Below, piece after piece: positions 39,078-47,346 of a DNA stretch of 64,000 nt. The first letter of the stretch is position 1, and each line of letters opens with the position of its first letter. The stretch comes from an uncultured Chitinophagaceae bacterium (GTDB lineage: Bacteria > Bacteroidota > Bacteroidia > Chitinophagales > CAIOSU01), in the NCBI GenBank assembly GCA_964543705.1, contig CAZIZP010000010.1:229-64228 (forward strand). The letters run 5' to 3'. Made by a program: the position numbers and the translations under genes. The notes below the pieces were generated by a model, which saw only the letters and a list, made by a program, of their open reading frames with translations, had not been told where the DNA came from and searched no databases.

Positions 39078-39118
39078 CTTATTACCGCTTCATAAATTTT
39101 TTTAAGCAATTTGGTTAT

Positions 39119-40474
39119 TTAAATTATCTCGAAATACCTTTTCAGTTCCCAATCGGTAACTACTTTACTGTATTGCCTCCATTCCCATTCTCGGGTTTGG
39201 GTAAAGTGGTTTACAAAGGTTTCGCCAAAGAGTTCTTTAGCCACATCGCTGTCTTTCATGTTTTGAGTAGCCTGCCAAAGGTTAGCAGGCAACACGCCAT
39301 GTTGTTTATCGGCATAGCCACTGCCCAAGGTTACAAGCTGTGTTAGCTTCATTTTCTTTTTAATGCCATATAAGCCGCTTGCCAAACAAGCTGCCATTGC
39401 TAAATAAGGGTTGGTATCAGAGCCTACCACACGAGTTTCTAATCGTGCCGATTTTGCACCACCTGTTAATACTCTTAATGCAGTAGTGCGATTATCTCTT
39501 GCCCAGGTAAGTGTAGTGGGTGCCCATGCCCCTTCTACTAATCTTTTATAACTATTTATAGTTGGAGCAAACATGGGCAGTATATAAGGAAGGCAATACA
39601 ATTGACCTGCAACATAACTTTTCATTAATTCACTCATGCCCAGTTTGTCTTTATCGCTGTGGAATAAATTGTTTTTAGTATCCCACAAGCTTTGATGCAC
39701 ATGTCCGCTGCAGCCCGGCAAATTTTCATTCCATTTGGCCATAAAGCTTGCCATAATATTATGCTTGGCAGCAATTTCTTTTACGCCTGTTTTAAACAAC
39801 ACGGCCCTGTCGGCTGCTTCAATAATTTCGCTATACTGAATGGCAGCTTCATACACGCCCGGGCCGGTTTCGGTATGCAGGCCTTCTAGCGGCACACGGA
39901 ATTGCAGCATTAAATCGAACAAATCGTTGAAGTATTCATTTTCTAACGAGCTGCGCAAAAGGGAATAGCCAAACATGCCGGGGGTAAGAGGCGTGGGTTT
40001 AATATGGTTTTTGGCTTCCCAGGTTTCGGGTGTTTCCTGAAAATTAAACCATTCAAATTCTTGTGAAAAAGTGGGGTTAAAACCCGATTTTATTGCTTCA
40101 GCTTTTACTTTTTTTAATAGTTGTCTTGGGCAAATTTCTAAAGCCTTGCCTTTGGCATCTACAAAATCTGCTAAGAAAAAAGGTATATCATTATCCCATG
40201 GAATATTTCTGAAAGTAGCCGCATCCACTACCGCTTGTGCATCGGGGTAGCCGGTGTGCCAGCCGGTGTATTGCACATTGTCGTAAGCAACATCGCTGCT
40301 GTCCCAGCCAAACACTACATCGCAAAAGCCGAAGCCAGCTTCGGCAATACCTAAAAATTTATCGAGCAACACTACCTTGCCTCTTAATATGCCATCAATA
40401 TCGGTAATGGCAAGTTTTACTTTTTTGCCTTTGTATTTTTTTACTTGGTCGAGAATGGTTTTTGGAAACGCCAT
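39119..40474 (-). CDS. glutamine synthetase family protein (type I-like; could be a gamma-glutamyl-amine ligase)
   Basis: 451 aa. GS beta-grasp plus catalytic domain motifs (HTETGPGVYEA, GCSGHVHQSLW, NSYKRLV, RLETRVVGSDTNPYLA). Confidence 0.8.
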   Translation of the reverse strand: MAFPKTILDQVKKYKGKKVKLAITDIDGILRGKVVLLDKFLGIAEAGFGFCDVVFGWDSSDVAYDNVQYTGWHTGYPDAQAVVDAATFRNIPWDNDIPFFLADFVDAKGKALEICPRQLLKKVKAEAIKSGFNPTFSQEFEWFNFQETPETWEAKNHIKPTPLTPGMFGYSLLRSSLENEYFNDLFDLMLQFRVPLEGLHTETGPGVYEAAIQYSEIIEAADRAVLFKTGVKEIAAKHNIMASFMAKWNENLPGCSGHVHQSLWDTKNNLFHSDKDKLGMSELMKSYVAGQLYCLPYILPMFAPTINSYKRLVEGAWAPTTLTWARDNRTTALRVLTGGAKSARLETRVVGSDTNPYLAMAACLASGLYGIKKKMKLTQLVTLGSGYADKQHGVLPANLWQATQNMKDSDVAKELFGETFVNHFTQTREWEWRQYSKVVTDWELKRYFEII

Positions 40475-40576
40475 AGCACAATTAATTTTTCAGAATAAAT
40501 TTTTAGCGTATCGAAAATACAATTTCAGCTAAAGAAAATAGTATGGCAAGTAAGAAAAAACTCAAAACGAAAGAAA

Positions 40577-40828
40577 CTACTTTGTCAATTTCGATTCTAG
40601 TTTTCTAAGTCGTCTTTCGTGGTCGCGGAAAGTATGTTGTTGGTCGGCTAATTTTACTACTGAAGTGCGTAATTCTTGTATTGAAAGATTGGTTTTAACT
40701 TGTTGCTCATTCAATTTAGTAACATCTTTTCTTAAGCCTACAAGTTCACCCTTAAGCTCTGTTTTTAAATCATGAACCTCTGCCAACAATTCAGCCATAA
40801 TCTCAATAAGCCTTTCTTCGTTTGTCAT
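40577..40828 (-). CDS. small coiled-coil hypothetical protein
   Basis: 83 aa, heptad-rich and charged (LKTELKGELVGLRKDVTKLNEQQVKTNLSIQELRTSVVKL). No family recognised. Confidence 0.45.
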   Translation of the reverse strand: MTNEERLIEIMAELLAEVHDLKTELKGELVGLRKDVTKLNEQQVKTNLSIQELRTSVVKLADQQHTFRDHERRLRKLESKLTK

Positions 40829-40913
40829 AGCACTTTATTTGTACTAAAATACTGAAAAAAACTTAACGCCAACACGCTTGTATAAAAGACAAAAAATCAT
40901 GAATAATGAGTAA

Positions 40914-42164
40914 CTAAAACTTCTTAAATATCACCGAAGCATTGTGCCCACCAAAGCCAAAGGTATTACTAAGGGCTGCGCGAATTGTGCGGTGTTGTGC
41001 GGCATTAAAGGTAAGGTTTAGGTTGGGGTCTATTTCAGGGTCGTCAGTAAAGTGGTTAATGGTAGGTGGCACAATGTCGTGTTTTACAGAAAGCACGCTT
41101 GCTACTGCTTCTACTGCACCGGCCGCGCCTAGTAAATGCCCTGTCATAGATTTGGTAGAACTGATATTCAGCTTGTAGGCATTACTACCAAAAACAGTAG
41201 CTATAGCCTTGGTTTCACTAATATCGCCCAATGGAGTAGAAGTGCCATGTACATTAATGTAATCTATGTCTTCGGGTTGCATTTCGGCATCTTCTAAGGC
41301 CAATTTCATTACATTAGAAGCACCCAAGCCATCAGGATGTGGGGCAGTGATATGATAAGCATCAGCACACATGCCGCCACCCGCCAACTCGGCATAAATG
41401 GTTGCGCCACGCTTTTGAGCATGTTCTAACTCTTCTAAAACTAACGAGGCCGTGCCTTCGCCTAAAACAAAGCCATCACGGTCTTTATCAAAAGGTCTTG
41501 AAGCAGTTTCGGGATCATCGTTGCGTTTCGACATGGCGTGCATTGAACTAAAACCACCCATTCCGGAAGCAGTAACGGCTGCCTCTGAACCACCTGTTAC
41601 AATAACATCGGCTTTACCTAAACGAATAAGGTTAAAAGCATCTATAATTGCGTGGGTAGAAGAGGCACAAGCTGAAACCGTAGCATAATTAGGTCCGCGA
41701 AATCCGTGACGAATAGATATTTGTCCTGCGGCAATATCTACAATCATTTTCGGAATAAAAAATGGATTAAAGCGGGGTTCTTTGCCCCCTGCAAAATAAC
41801 TTTCCATTTCTTCTTCAAAAGTTTGCAAGCCACCAATACCTGCTGCCCATATAACGCCCACTCTATCGGAGTTTACATTTTCAGTACTAATAGCAGCATT
41901 TTTAATAGCTTCATCAGAAGAGGCAATAGCAAAGTGGCAAAAGCGATCCATCTTTCGCACTTCCTTCTTTTCTGCAAAGTAATTTTCAGCATTAAAATGT
42001 TTTACTTCGCAGGCAAAACGGGTTTTAAATTTAGAGGCATCGAAACGGGTAATAGGCGCAGCACCACTCTTGCCCAAAACAAGCGATTGCCAAAAAGCAT
42101 TCACATCGTTTCCGATAGGAGTAACAGCCCCTAAGCCGGTAACAACGACTCTTTTTAAACCCAT
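40914..42164 (-). CDS. fabF: beta-ketoacyl-ACP synthase II
   Basis: Active-site region ATVSACASS, His motifs YINVHGTSTPLGD and KSMTGHLLGAAG, and a C-terminal NTFGFGGHNASV. Confidence 0.95.
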   Translation of the reverse strand: MGLKRVVVTGLGAVTPIGNDVNAFWQSLVLGKSGAAPITRFDASKFKTRFACEVKHFNAENYFAEKKEVRKMDRFCHFAIASSDEAIKNAAISTENVNSDRVGVIWAAGIGGLQTFEEEMESYFAGGKEPRFNPFFIPKMIVDIAAGQISIRHGFRGPNYATVSACASSTHAIIDAFNLIRLGKADVIVTGGSEAAVTASGMGGFSSMHAMSKRNDDPETASRPFDKDRDGFVLGEGTASLVLEELEHAQKRGATIYAELAGGGMCADAYHITAPHPDGLGASNVMKLALEDAEMQPEDIDYINVHGTSTPLGDISETKAIATVFGSNAYKLNISSTKSMTGHLLGAAGAVEAVASVLSVKHDIVPPTINHFTDDPEIDPNLNLTFNAAQHRTIRAALSNTFGFGGHNASVIFKKF

Positions 42165-42177
42165 AAAAGAAGTTTAA

Positions 42178-42414
42178 TTACTTAATATGCTCTTCAAGGT
42201 AAGCTACTGCCTGACCTACAGTTTGAATTTGTTCTGCCTGTTCATCAGGAATAGAGATATTGAATTCTTTTTCGAATTCCATTATCAGTTCCACAGTGTC
42301 TAATGAATCGGCACCTAAATCGTTGGTAAAGCTTGCTTCAGGAGTAACTTCTGCTTCATCAACGCCTAACTTATCAACGATAATTTTCTTTACTCTTGCG
42401 GTAATATCTGACAT
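42178..42414 (-). CDS. acpP: acyl carrier protein
   Basis: 78 aa with the phosphopantetheine attachment motif [16 protein letters not shown]. Confidence 0.95.
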   Translation of the reverse strand: MSDITARVKKIIVDKLGVDEAEVTPEASFTNDLGADSLDTVELIMEFEKEFNISIPDEQAEQIQTVGQAVAYLEEHIK

Positions 42415-42640
42415 GAGTTTTAGTTTTTATTTTTTAAACTTGGGCACAAAGTAAGGCATTTAGTTATTGATTTACAAAATTTACAGCTAAAATGTGTTCA
42501 TATTAATTATATTTTTTTGTTTTATAATGTTGATTTTCAACAAATAAAATTGTTTTTTATTGATTATTAAATAAGGCTGATTAAATGCCTGATTATGCCT
42601 GAAAAGAGCTTTTTTCTATCTTCAAATTCAATTTACAGCT

Positions 42641-43066
42641 ATGGCAAAAAATACAGTTAGTTTAGATTTAGAATTAGAATTTGATTTTGAAATTATACCA
42701 ATTGTAAGTTCTGTAAAAGAATATAAAATGTGTTTTCTGCTGAATAATTTATTTGGCTTCGATATGTACCGAATTCCCGATTTAGAAATTATGCTAAAGC
42801 GAAAAAAGAAAACTGTTGCATTTAATGTTTTTCACCATTATGATGATATAGATAAAATGGATTATTACCTGATTAGTAATAAATATGAGAATGAATTGCT
42901 TTTGCCCGAATTAAAAATTGTGGATTATGTATTAAAGCTAGATGGGTTTGAACCAACAGATAAGAAAACCGAAATGATACATAAGCTTAAAAATGTTCCA
43001 CAAATACAGGCGGTGATAGATACCTCAATTAATGAGTTGAAAGACAAAACCAATTTGCTTTTTTGA
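42641..43066 (+). CDS. IPExxxVDY family protein (uncharacterised Bacteroidota family)
   Basis: 141 aa with the name-giving motif present as LPELKIVDY. I recognise the family name from memory only. Confidence 0.55.
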   Translation: MAKNTVSLDLELEFDFEIIPIVSSVKEYKMCFLLNNLFGFDMYRIPDLEIMLKRKKKTVAFNVFHHYDDIDKMDYYLISNKYENELLLPELKIVDYVLKLDGFEPTDKKTEMIHKLKNVPQIQAVIDTSINELKDKTNLLF

Positions 43067-43393
43067 TTATTTTAGTTTTTCATTTTGCTGATGCCTTTCT
43101 GCATCTCTATTGGTTTTCTTCTCTAAGTTTTTTTGCAATGCTTCGGTTAAATCAACGCCTGTCTGGTTGGCTAAGCAAATAACCACAAAGAGCACATCAG
43201 CCAGTTCGTCAGCCAGTACTTTTTCCTTGTCGCTGGGTTTAAAAGATTGTTCGCCATATTGTCGGGCAATAATGCGCGCTACTTCACCTACTTCTTCAGT
43301 AAGCATTGCCATATTGGTAAGCTCATTAAAATATCTAACGCCTGTAGTTTTTATCCAGTTATCTATGGTTTGTTGTGCTTCTTGTATGGTCAT
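43067..43393 (-). CDS. MazG-like nucleotide pyrophosphohydrolase
   Basis: EExGE motif region LTEEVGEVARIIARQYGEQ and the second acidic helix LADELADVLFVVICLAN. I prefer ATG 43393 (MTIQEAQQ...) to avoid overlapping dtd. Confidence 0.8.
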   Translation of the reverse strand: MTIQEAQQTIDNWIKTTGVRYFNELTNMAMLTEEVGEVARIIARQYGEQSFKPSDKEKVLADELADVLFVVICLANQTGVDLTEALQKNLEKKTNRDAERHQQNEKLK

Positions 43394-43397
43394 GTGC

Positions 43398-43850
43398 TTA
43401 CTCTTTATTTTTTGAATCAATGATTAGGGTTACGGGGCCATCGTTTACCAAAGCTACTTTCATATCGGCACCAAAAATGCCAGTGGCAACGGGCTTGCCT
43501 AAGTCGCTGGTTAATTGCTGAATAAATTCATTATACAGCGGAATAGCTTTTTCGGAGCGTGCAGCTTTTATATAAGATGGGCGATTACCTTTTTTGGTGG
43601 CTGCGTGAAGTGTAAATTGGCTTACTACTAATACATCTGCGCCTACTTCCTGAACCGATAAATTCATAACGCCTTCCGCATCGTTAAATATTCTCAGTTG
43701 AATCAATTTTTTGCTCATCCATGTTATATCTTCAAGCGTATCGACATATTCAAAACCTACAAAAACCAACAGGCCGCTTTCAATTGCACCATTAATTTTT
43801 CCTTCAATACTTACAGATGCTTCTTTTACTCTTTGTATTACTACGCGCAT
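43398..43850 (-). CDS. dtd: D-aminoacyl-tRNA deacylase
   Basis: MRVVIQRVKEASV..., SQFTLHA, and the NDGPVTLIID C-terminal motif. Confidence 0.92.
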   Translation of the reverse strand: MRVVIQRVKEASVSIEGKINGAIESGLLVFVGFEYVDTLEDITWMSKKLIQLRIFNDAEGVMNLSVQEVGADVLVVSQFTLHAATKKGNRPSYIKAARSEKAIPLYNEFIQQLTSDLGKPVATGIFGADMKVALVNDGPVTLIIDSKNKE

Positions 43851-43879
43851 ATTTCAGAATACTATTATTGGTGAAAAAA

Positions 43880-44824
43880 CTATAAACCGAATTCTATTAA
43901 TGTGCCTTTGTTGCCACATGCAAACCCTTTATTCAGGTTTTTAAGATACACAATATTGAAGAAGTTGGTATTATGAGGGTATTCGGCTTGTTGCCACGAA
44001 TTGCCGCCATCGGTAGTTTTTAAAATGGTGCCATCGTTGCCACAAATAAACCCCAAATTTTCATCGGCAAAATAAAGTGCATTCAAAAATCCTCTGTTAA
44101 AAATTCTGCCTTTCTGAATTTTTATTTCTTGCCATGAATTGCCACCGTTGGTAGTTTTAAACATTAAGCCCGAATAGCCTAAAATATACCCTACATTCTC
44201 GTTCACAAATTTTATATCGGTAAACATGTCGCCTCTTAAGTCAAGTGGCCTCCAGCTGTCTCCACGGTTATCAGTTTGCAATACAATGCCATTGCCAACA
44301 ATAAATGCCTTTTGTGAATCTACAATGGCAACTCCTTTTAATTCTTTATCGTAAAGTGTTTCAAACCATTGCCAGTTAGGAATATAGTTTTGCTGAATAG
44401 CACCTTTATTACCTAGACCGCCCACAGCAACTGACCAGCCATATTTACTATCTATTTTTTGCAAGGCACGCCATGAAGCAGTTTGAATAATATTCCATGT
44501 TGCCGTTGCATTTTCAGCATTATATATTTTTCCATCATAACCACAGGCAAGCCATTGGGTTTCTTCAGAATAAAAGCTATTATAAATTACCTTAGGAGCA
44601 ACCGAATCTATGAAGGGCTGAGGGTTTGACAGCGATGCTTTTATAGCAATGCCTTTATCGTAAGTAGCTCCTCCAAAAACATAAACTGAATCGTTAAGAA
44701 TGTTTATAGAATACAGGCCTTCCTGTGACGCAACATCAATTTTTTTCCAAGGAAAAGAAAATGGTTGCTTTTTACAAGCCGCAAAAAAAATACTAATGAG
44801 TAATAAAAAAATTATTTTCCGCAT
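43880..44824 (-). CDS. lipoprotein with BNR/Ycf48-like beta-propeller repeats
   Basis: Lipobox-like FFAAC. Repeated (T/Q)T.(N/D)(G/R)G.SW(Q/R) motifs: QTDNRGDSWRP, TTNGGNSWQE, TTDGGNSWQQ. Confidence 0.65.
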   Translation of the reverse strand: MRKIIFLLLISIFFAACKKQPFSFPWKKIDVASQEGLYSINILNDSVYVFGGATYDKGIAIKASLSNPQPFIDSVAPKVIYNSFYSEETQWLACGYDGKIYNAENATATWNIIQTASWRALQKIDSKYGWSVAVGGLGNKGAIQQNYIPNWQWFETLYDKELKGVAIVDSQKAFIVGNGIVLQTDNRGDSWRPLDLRGDMFTDIKFVNENVGYILGYSGLMFKTTNGGNSWQEIKIQKGRIFNRGFLNALYFADENLGFICGNDGTILKTTDGGNSWQQAEYPHNTNFFNIVYLKNLNKGFACGNKGTLIEFGL

Positions 44825-46005
44825 ACGGTTTCGATAGCCTGCAAAATTATATCACAAGCAGTATTTATTTCTCCTTCGGAAATAATTAGTGGCGGGGCAA
44901 TGCGCATGTAGTTGGGAGCAAATAAAAACCAATCGGTAATTACTCCATTTTCAATGCACAAGTCAATTATTTTTTTGTTGGTTTCAAAATTTTCAAATGT
45001 AAGCGACATTAAAAGCCCTTTGCTACGCAGTTGTTTTATGGCTTTATGCTGAAGTCTTTTTCTGAAAATATTTTCAAGCTGTGGTGCAGTTTCATATACT
45101 TTTGTTTGTAGCAATACTTCTAAAGTAGCTTTTGCTGCCGCTGCAGTTACGGGGTTGCCTCCAAATGTAGTAATATGCCCAAGCACAGGATTGTTTGTAA
45201 ACAAATTCATATTTTCTGCTGAAGAAACAAACGCCCCAACAGGCATGCCGCCACCCATACCTTTAGCCAGCAACAAAATATCTGGAATGGTATTGGTATG
45301 CTGAAACGCAAACAGTTTTCCGGTTCTGCCGAAGCCAGTTTGTATTTCATCTAAAATCATAAGTGCCCCATGTGCATCGCATTTAGCACGCACTTTATTT
45401 AAGTAATTCTCATGGGGCACTGTTACACCCGATTCGGCCTGAATAGGTTCTATAATTATAGCAGCAGTTTTTGCTGAAATAAAATTCAGATCATCTTCTA
45501 CGCCATAGCGAATCATTTTGGTATCGGGCAACAAAGGGCGAAAAGCATTTTTAAAATATTCATCGCCCATAACACTAAGTGCGCCTTGTGTGCTGCCATG
45601 ATAAGAATTTTGGCAATAAATAATTTCTGTTTTCCCGGTAATGCGCTTGGCTAATTTCATAGCACCTTCGGTGGCCTCTGCGCCTGAATTTACCAAATAA
45701 ACAGAATTTAATTTTTCAGGCAATTGCTCGGTTAGCAATTTAGAATAAGCTACCTGCGGATAATGAATGTATTCGCCATACACCATTAAGTGCATAAATT
45801 TTTCGGCTTGCTGCTGAATAGCTTTTACTACTTCGGGGTGGCAATGCCCAATATTGCTTACGCTAATTCCTGAAATTAAATCGATATATCTTTTGCCGTT
45901 GCTTCCAAATAAATAAATGCCTGAAGCTTTTTCAATTTCAAGCATTAATGGTGCATCACTGGTTTGTGCAACATGAGAAAGAAATAATTGTCGAAGCGAA
46001 ATCAA
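44812..46005 (-). CDS. class III PLP-dependent aminotransferase (acetylornithine/ornithine aminotransferase-like)
   Basis: LISGISVSNIGHCHPEV, NSGAEATEGAMKLA, DEIQTGFGRTG, and the PLP-lysine region DILLLAKGMGGG. Probable TTG start. Confidence 0.85.
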   Translation of the reverse strand: MISLRQLFLSHVAQTSDAPLMLEIEKASGIYLFGSNGKRYIDLISGISVSNIGHCHPEVVKAIQQQAEKFMHLMVYGEYIHYPQVAYSKLLTEQLPEKLNSVYLVNSGAEATEGAMKLAKRITGKTEIIYCQNSYHGSTQGALSVMGDEYFKNAFRPLLPDTKMIRYGVEDDLNFISAKTAAIIIEPIQAESGVTVPHENYLNKVRAKCDAHGALMILDEIQTGFGRTGKLFAFQHTNTIPDILLLAKGMGGGMPVGAFVSSAENMNLFTNNPVLGHITTFGGNPVTAAAAKATLEVLLQTKVYETAPQLENIFRKRLQHKAIKQLRSKGLLMSLTFENFETNKKIIDLCIENGVITDWFLFAPNYMRIAPPLIISEGEINTACDIILQAIETVCGK

Positions 46006-46007
46006 AA

Positions 46008-47144
46008 CTACTGAGAAGAATCTTTAGTAATATTTTCAATGAATTTATTTTCACTAATCAGTTGGCCATTTTTATACTCTTGAATAATCTCAAGCTTACC
46101 TTCTTTATTCCATTTTTTAAAAGTGCCATTTTCTTCGCCTAACAAATAATTTTTCTGAAATTCTTTTTTACCATCAGGATAATAAGCTACAAATAATCCG
46201 TTTTCTTTTCCATTTTCATAGCTACCTTCAGTTGATACTTTTCCATTAGGATAATATGTGTAAGACTTGCCTTCTTCTTTGCCATCAATATAAAATCGTT
46301 TTGACCGAAGCTGACCATTTTCGTACCATGTGGTTACAAGTCCTTCTTCTTTGCCATCTTTATAATTGCCTTCAAACGCTTTTTGACCATTATCAAACCA
46401 TTCAACCCAATAACCTTGCTTTAAGCCTTCTTTAAAATTGGTTTCTGCTATCAATGTGCCATCGCTAAACCAAAAAGGCCAGCGACCTTCCTTCAGCCCT
46501 CTTTTATAATTACCTTCAGCTTTTTTGTTGCCGTTAGGATGCCAGAAAACCCAAAAGCCCTCTTGTTTTCCCTTCTGAAAATCCCCCTCGGAGTCTTTTT
46601 TACCATCGCGATTAAAAAATATCCAACGACCTTCTTTTTTGTTATCAGTATATTGCCCTTGTTGCATTACATTACCATTACCATACCAGCGCTTAAATTC
46701 ACCTTCATATTTATTATCATTATGGTTGGCTTCTACTGAAAGTTTTCCGTTTTCAAACCAGTTTCGGGTTTTACCAACTCTTTTCCCAAGTTTAAAGTAT
46801 TCTTCTGATGCTTTTTGTCCGTTGGGCCAATAAGTAACAAATACGCTGTCTTTTTCACCGTTTACATAATAGCCTATTGCTTTAGGCTTTCCATCGTCAT
46901 AAAAAAGTTTGTATGGCCCGTGTAACTTTCCTTCTTTGTAGTTTTGTTCGGCTCTGAGCTTTCCGTCTTCAAAAAATTCTTCTTGTTTAATTTTTACGGC
47001 ATTTTCATTTTTACCAATGTAAGTGTCGGCTCTTTGTTTATTGCCATTGGCATAGGTGCTTAACACTATTTCGTAGGGTTTTTCTTGTGTGAAACAAGAA
47101 AACAACAACATCGAAATTATTATGATTAAATAATTACCTTTCAT
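46008..47144 (-). CDS. lipoprotein made of MORN-variant (YwqK-type) repeats
   Basis: Lipobox LLFSC. At least 12 repeats of the G..EG.W..W..NGQK..EG.Y..GK type. Confidence 0.75.
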   Translation of the reverse strand: MKGNYLIIIISMLLFSCFTQEKPYEIVLSTYANGNKQRADTYIGKNENAVKIKQEEFFEDGKLRAEQNYKEGKLHGPYKLFYDDGKPKAIGYYVNGEKDSVFVTYWPNGQKASEEYFKLGKRVGKTRNWFENGKLSVEANHNDNKYEGEFKRWYGNGNVMQQGQYTDNKKEGRWIFFNRDGKKDSEGDFQKGKQEGFWVFWHPNGNKKAEGNYKRGLKEGRWPFWFSDGTLIAETNFKEGLKQGYWVEWFDNGQKAFEGNYKDGKEEGLVTTWYENGQLRSKRFYIDGKEEGKSYTYYPNGKVSTEGSYENGKENGLFVAYYPDGKKEFQKNYLLGEENGTFKKWNKEGKLEIIQEYKNGQLISENKFIENITKDSSQ

Positions 47145-47262
47145 ACACCTGCTACAGTTTCTCGCAAAATATTCTTCTCACAAATTTGATGATTATTCTA
47201 CTATTGTAAAACAAATATCTATCTCAAATAAGTATAATTAGCGTTTATTAAGTTACACAAAT

Positions 47263-47270
47263 TAAATTTG
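47263..47270 (+). promoter_or_regulatory. candidate -7 promoter box (TAnnTTTG) upstream of the histidine kinase gene, embedded in a 15-bp palindrome
   Basis: TAAATTTG is an exact match, 77 nt upstream of ATG 47347. The palindrome ACAAATTAAATTTGT spans 47257..47271. Confidence 0.3.
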
Positions 47271-47346
47271 TATGAAGTGAAAAATACAGTTTAAACCGTA
47301 TTACACATTTGCAACAATAGTTGGTAATTTGCATTAACTACGCTTT

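Noticed and set aside
41706-42134. 142-aa + strand ORF antisense to fabF
   Set aside because: Same reasoning: the fabF frame is unambiguous, and the antisense product is low-complexity with no motifs.
46008-47144. MORN-variant repeat protein of the family often labelled 'toxin-antitoxin system YwqK family antitoxin', as evidence of a TA or defence locus
   Set aside because: It is a lipoprotein built only of repeats. No toxin (for example a YwqJ-like deaminase) gene is adjacent, so the label is a family name and not evidence of a TA system here.
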